Part shown: piece by piece, positions 54,487 to 63,961 of the stretch
How positions within the stretch are numbered: position 1 is the stretch's first letter
Layout of the letters: each line of letters opens with the position of its first letter
Assembly: GCA_040755005.1 (NCBI GenBank)
Contig: JBFMBV010000002.1
Span: forward strand, 13,761 to 77,760
DNA: 64,000 nucleotides
Direction of reading: 5' to 3'
DNA from: Bacillota bacterium
GTDB lineage: Bacteria; Bacillota; Sulfobacillia; JBFMBV01
Notes under the pieces: model-generated
What the model saw: the letters and a program-made list of their open reading frames with translations, nothing else
Database searches by the model: none
What the model was told of the DNA's origin: nothing
Program-made: the position numbers and the translations under genes

Positions 54487-56409
54487 ATGGTCAGTTCCTG
54501 CGGCGCCCCAAGTCAGCACCAGGAGCCTACCGAACGGAGGCTCATCCCCACATTGGCGATGGTCGTGACGGTGCTAGCCGTACTCACGTCCTTGTTCCAC
54601 CTGTACATGAACAGCATGAGCCTGATGATGGGCATCAAGAAGAACGCCATGCACCTCGGGCTGATGCTGGCGCTGTGCTTCCTCATGTACCCCGCCAGCA
54701 AGCGTTCGCCCAGGGACCGCTACACGTGGCTGGATATGCTCCTGGCCGCCCTCGGCCTGTCTACGGGGCTCTACGTCTACTTTCAGTATGACGCTATCAT
54801 CGACCGTTCCCTCATCCCCACCAACCTCGACTACACCTTCGCCGTCATCGCCGTCCTGCTCGTACTGGAAGCGGCGCGCCGGGCGGTGGGCAAGATCCTC
54901 CCGGTCATGGCCATCTGTTTCCTGCTGTACGCCCACTTCGGGTACCTGTTCCCCGGGGTGCTGGCCCACCGGGGGTTCACCTGGACGCGCATCCTCACCC
55001 GGATGTACATGACCGATGAGGGCATCTTCGGGGTCACGCTGATGGTGTCCGCGTCGTACGTGTTCATGTTCATCCTGTTCGGGGCGTTCCTGTCCCACAC
55101 GGGCACGGCCAAGTTCTTCAACGACTTCGCCCTGGCTTTCGCCGGGAGGCTGCGGGGCGGGCCAGCCCAGGTAGCGGTGCTGGCCAGCGGGATGATGGGG
55201 ACCATCAGCGGGAGTTCCCAGGCCAACGTGGCTACTACTGGGGCCTTCACCATCCCCCTGATGAAGCAAGTTGGGTACAAACCCTACTTCGCCGGGGCGG
55301 TGGAGGCGGCAGCCTCCACGGGAGGCATCCTCATGCCCCCCATCATGGGCGCCGCCGCGTTCATCATGTGCTCCTTCCTCGGGATCCCCTACGTCCAGGT
55401 GATGGCGGCAGGGGTCATCCCAGCCCTGCTGTACTACTTCGCCATCTTCGTCATGGTCGACCTGGAGGCGCGCAAGCTGGGGCTGAAAGGGCTGCCGGCC
55501 TCAGCCATCCCCGACCTGCGCCGCACACTGCTCGACGGCGGGCACCTCATCCTGCCGATCGGGCTGATCCTGTACCTACTCATCCGCGGCATCACCCCGC
55601 TCTACGCCGCCTTCTACGGCCTGATAGCGACGGTGGCCTGCAGCTGGCTGAGGCCTCACACCCGCATCAACCTGAAGGGCATCATCGCCGCCCTGGACCA
55701 GGGCGCCCGCACCGCCGTGTCGGTGGCGGCCTCCTGCGCCGTGGTGGGGTTCATCGTCGGGGTGGTGTCCATGACCGGCCTGGGGCAGGTCATCGCACAC
55801 AATATCATCAATCTGTCCATGAACCAGGTCTTCCTCGCCCTGTTCTTGGTTATGATCTCCGCCATGGTGCTGGGGATGGGGCTGTGCGCCACGGCGTGCT
55901 ACATCATCACCGCGACGGTGGCCGCGCCCGCCCTCGTCACCATGGGCATCTCGCCCCTGGCGGCGCACTTCTTCGCCTTCTACTACGGGACGCTGTCGGC
56001 GGTGATCCCGCCGGTGGCCCTCACTTCCTACACGGCGGCGGGACTGGCCGGGGCCAACCCTACCAGGGTGGCGCTGCAGGGGCTCAAGTTGGCCACGGCA
56101 GGGCTGATCATCCCCTACTTCTTCGCCTATAACCCCATGCTGCTCATGGTGGATGTGATCCCGGGCGAGCTGGTCCTGGCTTTGGTCACGGCCACCCTCG
56201 GCATCGTCTGCCTCGGGGCGGCCTTCGAGGGGCACCTGCTTGGCGACTTGAGCTGGCCGGAACGGCTCGCCGCGGGGGCCGGGGCGGTAGTGCTGATCCA
56301 TCCCGGCCTAACGACCGACCTAATTGGGCTGGCCCTGGCTGGCTCAGCGCTGACCTCGCACCTCCTGCGCCTGCGCCGCCGGCACCGGCAGGTGCAACCC
56401 GCAGCCTAG
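54487..56409 (+). CDS. TRAP transporter fused permease (TAXI-associated 4TM/12TM membrane component)
   Basis: About 640-aa polytopic membrane protein downstream of the TAXI SBP; typical fused DctQM-like permease sequence. Confidence 0.8.
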   Translation: MVSSCGAPSQHQEPTERRLIPTLAMVVTVLAVLTSLFHLYMNSMSLMMGIKKNAMHLGLMLALCFLMYPASKRSPRDRYTWLDMLLAALGLSTGLYVYFQYDAIIDRSLIPTNLDYTFAVIAVLLVLEAARRAVGKILPVMAICFLLYAHFGYLFPGVLAHRGFTWTRILTRMYMTDEGIFGVTLMVSASYVFMFILFGAFLSHTGTAKFFNDFALAFAGRLRGGPAQVAVLASGMMGTISGSSQANVATTGAFTIPLMKQVGYKPYFAGAVEAAASTGGILMPPIMGAAAFIMCSFLGIPYVQVMAAGVIPALLYYFAIFVMVDLEARKLGLKGLPASAIPDLRRTLLDGGHLILPIGLILYLLIRGITPLYAAFYGLIATVACSWLRPHTRINLKGIIAALDQGARTAVSVAASCAVVGFIVGVVSMTGLGQVIAHNIINLSMNQVFLALFLVMISAMVLGMGLCATACYIITATVAAPALVTMGISPLAAHFFAFYYGTLSAVIPPVALTSYTAAGLAGANPTRVALQGLKLATAGLIIPYFFAYNPMLLMVDVIPGELVLALVTATLGIVCLGAAFEGHLLGDLSWPERLAAGAGAVVLIHPGLTTDLIGLALAGSALTSHLLRLRRRHRQVQPAA

Positions 56410-56673
56410 TAGCTGTTACCCAGCCCACGCGGCGTTGCCCCAACGGGGACCCGGCCTGGCGGCCGGGTCTTCGCCTTGCGTGGAGCGGCGGGCAAGGCCA
56501 GGGAAGGAATCTGCCTCCTTCTACGGAATTCCTAAGCGATCGCGCACTCATCCATGCCCGTTTACGCAGCTGCGCGGCGTACCCAGTGGCAGACAGGGTG
56601 ACTCAGGCTGAACGATACCCCGCGTGCCGCACGTTGCTATGACCGCTTCATCTCCACCCTCGACCGCCTGGGC

Positions 56674-57207
56674 GTGGCCCGCTGGCGGCGGGGGCTGTGG
56701 GCTGCGGTGAAAGGTCCACGGGTGCTGGAGCTCGGGTGCGGGACGGGGGCGAATGTGCCGCACTGGGGGGCCGGCCTGCGGGTCACGGCGCTCGACCGTT
56801 CCCCCCATATGCTCGAACACGCCCAGCGCAAGGCTGCAGGCCTGGCTCGGCCAGCGGAGTTCGTCCAGGCCTGTGCCGAGTCCCTCCCCTTTGAGGCTGC
56901 GCAGTTCGACGACGTCGTGACCACCTTCGTCCTCTGCTCGGTGCAAGGCCCTGCGGCCATGCTGAGCGAGATCCACCGTGTGCTTAGGGCGGGCGGCACC
57001 CTGCACATGCTGGAGCATTTGCGGTCACGGGGCAGGGCGGGCAGGGTGATGGACTGCATCGCTGGCCCCCTCTACCAGCTTACCGGGGACCACATCGCCC
57101 GCGACCCCGCGCCGTTGCTGGCGCAGGCTGGGTTCTCCCACTCCGGGACTGCGCAGTTCCCCCTGCTCCTGGACATCGTGCGCATCATCCGCGCCACCAA
57201 GCGCTAG
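56674..57207 (+). CDS. Class I SAM-dependent methyltransferase (UbiE/Methyltransf_11-like); true start uncertain
   Basis: SAM motif I VLELGCGTGAN; acidic motif after it. Protein-like sequence (RCYDRFISTLDRLGVARWRR) continues upstream of the GTG to a stop at 56599-56601 without a canonical start codon. Confidence 0.6.
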   Translation: MARWRRGLWAAVKGPRVLELGCGTGANVPHWGAGLRVTALDRSPHMLEHAQRKAAGLARPAEFVQACAESLPFEAAQFDDVVTTFVLCSVQGPAAMLSEIHRVLRAGGTLHMLEHLRSRGRAGRVMDCIAGPLYQLTGDHIARDPAPLLAQAGFSHSGTAQFPLLLDIVRIIRATKR

Positions 57208-57349
57208 GGCTCTCGTACCACGTCCTGGCCTGCGGGCCCAGGACAGGACAGGCCAGTGCGCGTTTGGGGGAGGCGCAAGGTTTCCGCTGACGAGGCTAGA
57301 AGAGAGGACCCGTCGTCACAACACACATACCCTGATTGGAGGTACCTAC

Positions 57350-57889
57350 GTGACCAAGACGACCCCCACCCTCACCCTGATCCTGACCGGCGCGCTGATC
57401 GCCCTCGGGGTGCTCCTGCCCATGGCCTTCCACACCGTGGGCCTGGGCAGGGTCTTCCTGCCCATGCACATCCCCGTCCTCTTGGCGGGGTTCCTGGTCG
57501 GGCCCTTGCCCGGCATGGTTACGGGCATGGTCACCCCGGCTTTGAGCGCTTTGCTGACGGGCATGCCGCCCCTGGCGCCCATGCCGGTGGCCCAGACGAT
57601 GGTGTTCGAGCTGGGGACATACGGGCTGCTGGCAGGCCTGGCCTACCGGAAACTGCGCCTGGGGACCCTACCCGCCCTCATCCTGGCCATGGCCGGGGGG
57701 CGGCTGGTCTACGGGCTGATCGGCTTCACGCTGCTGCCGCTTATCGGCCTGCGGCAGGTGCCGCTGCTGCTGCCGCTGACGACCGGTCTGGTGACGGGCC
57801 TCCCCGGGCTCATCCTGCAGCTGGTGTTCGTACCGACGGTGGTGACCCTGGTGACGGGCAACGTCAAGGGGCTCTGGCGCCGCTCGTAG
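57350..57889 (+). CDS. Small polytopic membrane protein, ECF-transporter S-component-like
   Basis: 179 aa, ~5-6 TM helices, Gly/Pro-rich loops (MHIPVLLAGFLVGPLPGMVTG); GTG start with RBS GGAGG. Confidence 0.45.
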   Translation: MTKTTPTLTLILTGALIALGVLLPMAFHTVGLGRVFLPMHIPVLLAGFLVGPLPGMVTGMVTPALSALLTGMPPLAPMPVAQTMVFELGTYGLLAGLAYRKLRLGTLPALILAMAGGRLVYGLIGFTLLPLIGLRQVPLLLPLTTGLVTGLPGLILQLVFVPTVVTLVTGNVKGLWRRS

Positions 57890-58196
57890 CGGTCGCTGCG
57901 GGCGCTCTCGCCGCCCTTATCCCGGCAGTGGCGCGCAGCGCCAGGGGGTGTGAACGGATAGCTGTGCCCGGCGGGTAAGGCGGACATGCTGACCGCCGGG
58001 GGTGATGGCTGGTGGAAGGCTGGCGCCGGTGGGAGTACTTACGTTTCCTCTCCCTTCTCGCCCGTCAACAGGAGCGTCTGGGAACAACTGAAGGGCATCT
58101 TCTGGCCCATCCTGGGCTGGGTCTTGGTCGAGCAGGTGTTCGTCTGGCCCAAGCCCCCAGCCTTCTGGCCGGCCAACAAGCACGGGAGGGTGATTT

Positions 58197-59405
58197 ATGG
58201 GGGTGCCTGAGCGGGTCAAGGATGCCACTGTGCAGGGGTGGCTGCACAAGGCCGCCCACGACATGACGGCCGGGCAAGTCCTGCTGGCGGCTGAACCGCC
58301 AGTGGTGTACGCTGCATGCTGCCACGCGCATCAAGCCGCCACGGGATATCTCATGGCGCTGCTCAGCTTGTACGGCGTCGAGTTTCCCCGGACGCATTCC
58401 ATCAAAAAGCTCCTGGGGTTGCTCCAACCAGTGGATGACCCGGCTGCGTCAGAGCTTGAGGTTGCCGTCTCGCTTACCGCTCACGGTGCGGCCCAACACA
58501 TGCCGGGCGAGCACCAGCTCAAGCTGGGTGATGCCTACGAGGCTTTGGGACTGGCTAATCTGGTCCAGGAAGCGGTCTTGTGGCGCGTGCACTTCGCAGA
58601 GGAGTTCCCAGAGCAGCCGCTAGAAAGCCTGGTGAAGCATCTGCGCAGCGGCACGCGGGTTGACTCCGCCTTGCAGCGCGCCCAGCAGCTCATCTATGAC
58701 GCCTGGGAGGCCCCCACGCGTGAGCGGGTCGTAGCCTTGGCTACGCGGGCTCTGGAGGTCTCCCCCGACTGCGCGGACGCCTACGTCCTCCTGGGCGAGT
58801 ACACGGCTAAGACCTTCGACCAAGCCATCAAGTTGTACACCGCAGGGGTCAAGGCAGGCGAACGCGCCATCAGCGAGGGCACCTTCCCGGTGGGAGCGGG
58901 GCATTTCTGGGGTGTGGTCGAGACGCGTCCGTATATGCGGGCGCGCGCGGCTCTGGCCGAGTCCCTTCGGGAATCCGGCCAGCGTGAGGAGGCGGCTGAA
59001 CACTGCCAGGAGCTGCTCCGGCTCAACCCCCGGGACAACCAAGGCATCCGCTATCTGCTGATGGCCTGCCTGATCGAGCTAGGACAGGACAAAGAGGCGG
59101 CCAGGCTCTGGAGGCAGTATAAGGGTGAGCGCACAGCGGAGTGGGCCTACACGCGGGTCCTGCTCACCTTCAGGCAGCACGGGGATTCCGCGCGGACGAG
59201 GGCCGTGCTCAAGCGGGCTCTGGCCAGCAACCAGTTCGTGCCGTCCTACCTCCTGCGCCGCAAGCGGGTCCCGCGGCAGCTGCCCGATGCGTACGGCTTC
59301 GGCACAGCCGAGGAGGCGGCGTGCTATGCTCACCGGTATCGGGCCACCTGGCAGTCCGTCCCCGGGGCGCTGGCACTCCTCGACGCGGCCATCGCTGGAG
59401 GTTGA
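58197..59405 (+). CDS. HEPN-domain protein with C-terminal TPR-like helical repeats
   Basis: N-terminal HEPN features (WLHKAAHDMTAG..., R-x-H motif in FPRTHSIKKLL). C-terminal alpha-helical repeat region (ADAYVLLGEY.., ALAESLRESGQREEAAEHCQELLRLNP). Confidence 0.55.
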   Translation: MGVPERVKDATVQGWLHKAAHDMTAGQVLLAAEPPVVYAACCHAHQAATGYLMALLSLYGVEFPRTHSIKKLLGLLQPVDDPAASELEVAVSLTAHGAAQHMPGEHQLKLGDAYEALGLANLVQEAVLWRVHFAEEFPEQPLESLVKHLRSGTRVDSALQRAQQLIYDAWEAPTRERVVALATRALEVSPDCADAYVLLGEYTAKTFDQAIKLYTAGVKAGERAISEGTFPVGAGHFWGVVETRPYMRARAALAESLRESGQREEAAEHCQELLRLNPRDNQGIRYLLMACLIELGQDKEAARLWRQYKGERTAEWAYTRVLLTFRQHGDSARTRAVLKRALASNQFVPSYLLRRKRVPRQLPDAYGFGTAEEAACYAHRYRATWQSVPGALALLDAAIAGG

Positions 59406-59485
59406 CGCAGGACAAAGGGCCTAAGGGGCGAACGTTCAATAGGATAAGGCCCTAGAGACATAGATAGACCGGGTGGGGGGTACAA

Positions 59486-61423
59486 GTGAAGCTGAAACGA
59501 GACCGGGCCGGGCCGTTCCGGGGCGGTAGCGGACGCCTGCGGACCGCCCTGGCGGCCTTGCGTGCTCTGAATCAGCCTGGCACAGTGTCCAGGGAGGCGG
59601 TGCTGGAGGGCTTAGTCAACCTCGCCAAGGGCTATGCCCAGTGCGAGGTGGCTATGCTCTGCGGGTGCGGGGACGAGGGGGATGTGTCTCCCTGCCCCGG
59701 TTCAGCAGGCGCAGAGGACGGCAGACACTCGTGCGCCTGCTTTGAGCTCTTAGCCAGCAATCACTTGCCCGGATGGTCTGAGCGCACCGCTCGTGGCAGC
59801 TGTTGGTCCGAGGACGGGTGTGTCCCCAACGGGTGCCCCCTGGCCCTGACACCCATGCGGGCTGTCATCCCGGTGCACAGGGGTGGGGAACCTGCCGGCG
59901 CCCTGCTGCTAGGCCGCCGCGGCGCAGGGTTCACCCGTGGGGACATCGTCTTCCTCGAAGCCCTGCTGGAATCCGTAGGTGCCGGCCTGAGCCGCGGTGC
60001 CGCCGAGTCCGGCCTGTTGCGCACGGTGATCGGCCGCAGCCGGGACGGGTTCATCCTCTGCACCCTGGACGGCAAGGCGGTCTTGTACAACGAAGCGATG
60101 CAGCGGATATCCGGCTTCACCGCCGAGGAGATCGCCAGCTACGGCTGGTTCGATCTGGTCTACCCCGACCTGGAGGATCGCGACCGGGCGATGTCCCTCA
60201 ACCAGGAGGCGGTCGCCGGCGGGCTGGGGTACACCGAGACGCAGATCACCACCAAGGCGGGCGCGCTGAAGTGGGTGTCCCTGTCGCTCACCCCGCTGGA
60301 GCTGTATGGGCGCACCATGGTGTTCATGACGGTGACGGATATCACCGACCGCAAAGAGGCGGAGGCCCGGCTGACCCACCTGAGCATGCACGACCCCTTG
60401 ACGGGGTTGCACAACCGCGCTTCGCTGGAGGCCGAACTGCAGCGGCTGACCGTGGAAGACAGCTACCCCGTGTCGATGATCAGCGTGGACGTGGACGGCC
60501 TGAAGCTGATCAACGACGTGATGGGGCACATCCAGGGCGACAGCCTGCTCAAGGCCTGCGCGCGGACCCTGCGCAGGGCCGTCAGAAAGAGCGACATGGT
60601 GGCGCGTACCGGCGGCGATGAGTTTGTGGTCATTCTGCCCCACACCGGGCGTGCGGCTGCGGCTGAGGTGCGCAAGCGCATCGGGCAGGAGCTGTCCGCC
60701 CACAACCAGAGGCATCCCTCGCAGCCCCTCAGCCTCTCCTTGGGGCTCGCCACGGCTGACTCGGCTGCGGTCAAGCTGGAGGAGACCCTCAAGGCCGCCG
60801 ACCGGGACATGTACAAGGACAAGAAGCACCGCTCCCGGACAGTCCACGGGATCGTGCGGGCGCTGCAGACGGTCCTGGCCGCGAAGGACTACATCAGCGC
60901 CGGGCACGTCGCCCGGGTGCTGGACCTGTCCTGGAGGCTGGGTGTGGCTGCCGGGTTGCCCAAGCAGGACCTGGCCGATCTGAGGCTGTTCGCCGAAGTC
61001 CACGACCTCGGCAAGATGGGCATCCCCGACCACATCCTGTTCAAGCCGTCGTCCCTCTCCGACTCCGAGCTGGAGCAGGTCCAGTTGCACGTGACGGTAG
61101 GCTACGAGATCGCCAAGTCCACCCCCCAGCTGGCCCACATCGCCGACTTCATCCTGCATCATCATGAGTGGTGGGATGGGGGAGGCTATCCGGGCGGCGT
61201 CAGGGGCGAGGACATACCCCTGCCCAGCCGCATCCTGGCCATCGCCGACGCCTACGACATCATCACGACGGGCAGGCCCTACCGGCCGGCGGTGAGCAGG
61301 GCGGACGCCCTGGCCGAATTGCGGCGCTGTGCCGGGACCCAGTTCGACCCCAGGCTGGTGGAGCTGTTTGCCACGGAAGTCGAGCCCCAGGCGGCGCCAC
61401 CGGGGGAGAGTGGATGCGGTTGA
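59486..61423 (+). CDS. Multidomain c-di-GMP signalling protein: GAF/PAS - GGDEF - HD-GYP
   Basis: GGDEF active site RTGGDEFVV. HD-GYP motifs (HDLGKMGIPDHIL; HHEWWDGGGYPGGV). PAS-like region (GFILCTLDGKAVLYNEAMQRISGFTAEEI). Confidence 0.8.
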   Translation: MKLKRDRAGPFRGGSGRLRTALAALRALNQPGTVSREAVLEGLVNLAKGYAQCEVAMLCGCGDEGDVSPCPGSAGAEDGRHSCACFELLASNHLPGWSERTARGSCWSEDGCVPNGCPLALTPMRAVIPVHRGGEPAGALLLGRRGAGFTRGDIVFLEALLESVGAGLSRGAAESGLLRTVIGRSRDGFILCTLDGKAVLYNEAMQRISGFTAEEIASYGWFDLVYPDLEDRDRAMSLNQEAVAGGLGYTETQITTKAGALKWVSLSLTPLELYGRTMVFMTVTDITDRKEAEARLTHLSMHDPLTGLHNRASLEAELQRLTVEDSYPVSMISVDVDGLKLINDVMGHIQGDSLLKACARTLRRAVRKSDMVARTGGDEFVVILPHTGRAAAAEVRKRIGQELSAHNQRHPSQPLSLSLGLATADSAAVKLEETLKAADRDMYKDKKHRSRTVHGIVRALQTVLAAKDYISAGHVARVLDLSWRLGVAAGLPKQDLADLRLFAEVHDLGKMGIPDHILFKPSSLSDSELEQVQLHVTVGYEIAKSTPQLAHIADFILHHHEWWDGGGYPGGVRGEDIPLPSRILAIADAYDIITTGRPYRPAVSRADALAELRRCAGTQFDPRLVELFATEVEPQAAPPGESGCG

Positions 61424-61499
61424 GCTGGCGGCTCGCTCCGCTACGCCGTCGACCACGCCGAGGCGGGGCCACGTTCAGCCGAGAGGGGGTCGAACGCCG

Positions 61500-63185
61500 A
61501 TGAGGGCCCTGTGGGCCGCAGTGAAGCTTACGCTGAACACCACCTATGGGTTCAGCGCAGCCAAGTACCGCTATCTGGTCAAACGGCAGCACCTGTGGGA
61601 GCTGCCCCTCATCTGCCTCGGCATCGGGAGCGTCGCAGCCCTGTTCGGCGCGGGCGCGTTCTTTGTGGCCCAGGGTTTTGTCCTGGCCGGCCTCCAGTTC
61701 GGCCAGCCGGAGCTAGCGCTCACCGCAGCCCTGATGGCCACCTCACTGCTGGTGTTCTTCACGGGGATCATGGCCATCAGCTCGGTGTTCTTTTTCGCCG
61801 ATGACCTGGAAACGTTGGTAGCCCTGCCGCTACGCCCGGGCGCCATCGCCACGGCCAAGTTCGGCGCGGTGCTGGCCGGCGAGTACATCCCGATGTTGCT
61901 GTTGTTTCTGCCGGCAGCAGTGGCCTATAGCTGGCATGTGGGCGGCGGCGCCAGCTTCTGGGTGGCCGCCGTCTTGGTGGGACTGCTGGCGCCTGTGCTC
62001 CCCCTGGCCCTGGCTACGGCCCTTGCGGTGCTGTTGATGCGCGCCATCAACCGCCGCCACCGGGACCTATACTTCATCCTGGGCACCTTGCCGCTGGTCG
62101 GGGTCATGCTCTATGTGCAAATGTCCATAACCACCATCCCCCCCCACCAGCTGGAGGGCTTCTTGCTCCAGTTAGCAGCGGGCCGACTGGATCTGGTGGC
62201 GACCCTGGGCAGGGCCTACCCGCCCGCGGTCTGGGCCACCAGGGCGATGGCTGGGGGCGCCCCACTTGCCGGCTGGGCCGGACTGGCGGGGGTCATCCTC
62301 TCGGCGCTGGGCGCTGCGGCCCTGGCTGCAGTCACCAGCGACAGGCTGCTGCTGGGTGGCCTGATCGGGTCGCGGGAAGTGATGCGGAGGCGCGGGCCGT
62401 CCCTGGGCAACGTCCTGTCCGCGGGATTGGGCAAGGGGTCGCAGATCGGCGCCCTGTTCTGGCGCGAATGGCGCACCTTTATCCGTACGCCTGTCTGGGC
62501 GCTGAACGGGCTGATCGGAGCGGTGTTGCTCCCGCTGATGATGGTCTTCCCGGCGTTCCAGCGCGGGTCAGGGCTGGGCGCGATCCTGGCCCAGGTGCGG
62601 ACTGGCGGGCCGGCCACCTTCATCGCTACGGGCGTGGCCGCAGCCATGGGGGCCTTCGTCGGCAGCCTGAACACCACCGCCGGCTCCGCCCTGTCCCGGG
62701 AGGGCAGGCAGCTCTGGATCTCACAGATGCTCCCCGTCGCTCCCGTCGTCCAGGTCCAGGCCAAGCTGCTGCACGCCCTGGTCACCTCAGGGCTGTGCAC
62801 GCTGCCCGCGCTGATCATGTTCGCCGTCCTGGTCAACCCGCCGTGGCTGAACATCGTGGCCGCAGGGTTAGTCGCGCTGGCCGTGGCGATGGCTGCCAAC
62901 GTGGCGGGGCTGCTGCTTGACCTCTGGCGTCCCTACCTCGGCTGGAACAACCCAGAGCAGGCCACGAAGCAGAATCTCAACGTGATTGTGCCGATGCCCG
63001 TAGTGGGACTGCTCGGGTTCGGCCTGGTCAGCCTGACCATGGCGCTGCTGCGTCGAGGCTGGGGGTTCGATGCGGTGTTGGCCATGGTGTGCGGGGCTTC
63101 CGCGGTGCCGGTCGTTGTCCTGTACGGCGTGGCCCTCAGACTGGCGCCAGCGTTATATGACCGGTTGACTGCGCGGGGCCGTTAG
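61500..63185 (+). CDS. ABC-2-type exporter permease (putative ABC exporter membrane protein)
   Basis: About 560-aa polytopic membrane protein directly upstream of an ABC ATPase; N-terminus MRALWAAVKLTLNTTYGF resembles the next permease paralog. Confidence 0.6.
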   Translation: MRALWAAVKLTLNTTYGFSAAKYRYLVKRQHLWELPLICLGIGSVAALFGAGAFFVAQGFVLAGLQFGQPELALTAALMATSLLVFFTGIMAISSVFFFADDLETLVALPLRPGAIATAKFGAVLAGEYIPMLLLFLPAAVAYSWHVGGGASFWVAAVLVGLLAPVLPLALATALAVLLMRAINRRHRDLYFILGTLPLVGVMLYVQMSITTIPPHQLEGFLLQLAAGRLDLVATLGRAYPPAVWATRAMAGGAPLAGWAGLAGVILSALGAAALAAVTSDRLLLGGLIGSREVMRRRGPSLGNVLSAGLGKGSQIGALFWREWRTFIRTPVWALNGLIGAVLLPLMMVFPAFQRGSGLGAILAQVRTGGPATFIATGVAAAMGAFVGSLNTTAGSALSREGRQLWISQMLPVAPVVQVQAKLLHALVTSGLCTLPALIMFAVLVNPPWLNIVAAGLVALAVAMAANVAGLLLDLWRPYLGWNNPEQATKQNLNVIVPMPVVGLLGFGLVSLTMALLRRGWGFDAVLAMVCGASAVPVVVLYGVALRLAPALYDRLTARGR

Positions 63186-63235
63186 CCGGGCGTTGAAGTA
63201 CGGGTAGGACAACACCACGACAGGAGGTTCCAGTC

Positions 63236-63961
63236 ATGCTGACCCTGACCGGAGTGTCCAAGAGCTACGCCAAGGGCGGCGTCCGCGCCGTCGACGACCT
63301 CACCTTGGCAGTGCCAGCGGGAGAGATCTTCGGGTTCCTGGGGCCCAACGGGGCGGGCAAGACAACGACCATCAAGCTGGTGGTAGGCTTGCTCAAGCCC
63401 GACGCCGGCACCATCACCGTGGACGGGGTGGATGTGCTCAAGGAGCCCCTCGACGCCAAACGCCGCCTCGGGTACGTGCCCGACTACCCCAACCTCTACG
63501 AGCGCCTGACGGGCCTAGAGTACCTCAACTTCATCGCCGATGTCTGGGGGATCCCCACGGCTGAACGCCGCCGGCGCCTGGAGCCGCTCTTGGGCATGTT
63601 CGACCTGGCCGATGCCATCACGGACATCGTACAGGCCTATTCCCACGGCATGCGCCAGAAGCTGGCCGTGACAGCGGCGGTGCTGACCGACCCCGCCCTG
63701 CTCATCCTGGATGAACCGATGACCGGCCTTGACCCCAAGTCCCAGGCAGACTTCAAGGAACTGATGCGCGGGCGGTGCGAGGCAGGCAAGGCCGTGTTCT
63801 TCTCCACGCATATCCTCGATGTGGCTGAACGCCTGTGTGACCGCGTTGGCATCATTCACAAGGGTAAGCTGGTGGCGGTGGGGACCATGGCGGAGCTATC
63901 CCGCAGGGCGGCAGGCCACGAGACGCTGGAGCAGATCTTCCTGGAGCTGACCGCCTCATGA
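63236..63961 (+). CDS. ABC transporter ATP-binding protein
   Basis: Walker A GPNGAGKTT, Q-loop, signature (YSHGMRQKLAV), Walker B LLILDEP, H-loop STH; RBS AGGAGG. Confidence 0.85.
   Translation: MLTLTGVSKSYAKGGVRAVDDLTLAVPAGEIFGFLGPNGAGKTTTIKLVVGLLKPDAGTITVDGVDVLKEPLDAKRRLGYVPDYPNLYERLTGLEYLNFIADVWGIPTAERRRRLEPLLGMFDLADAITDIVQAYSHGMRQKLAVTAAVLTDPALLILDEPMTGLDPKSQADFKELMRGRCEAGKAVFFSTHILDVAERLCDRVGIIHKGKLVAVGTMAELSRRAAGHETLEQIFLELTAS

Noticed and set aside
57290-57349. CTGACGAG upstream of the ECF-S-like gene, considered as a hammerhead ribozyme core or a TPP/preQ1-type riboswitch
   Set aside because: Hammerhead requires CUGAUGAG plus the GAAA core in defined stems, which are not present. 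No TPP (CUGAGA/ACCCU…) or other riboswitch consensus could be matched by eye.
57256-57978. 240-aa alternate-frame ORF over the ECF-S-like membrane gene
   Set aside because: Low-complexity Gly/Pro/Arg-rich translation. The overlapping 57350-57889 frame encodes a coherent polytopic membrane protein with an RBS.
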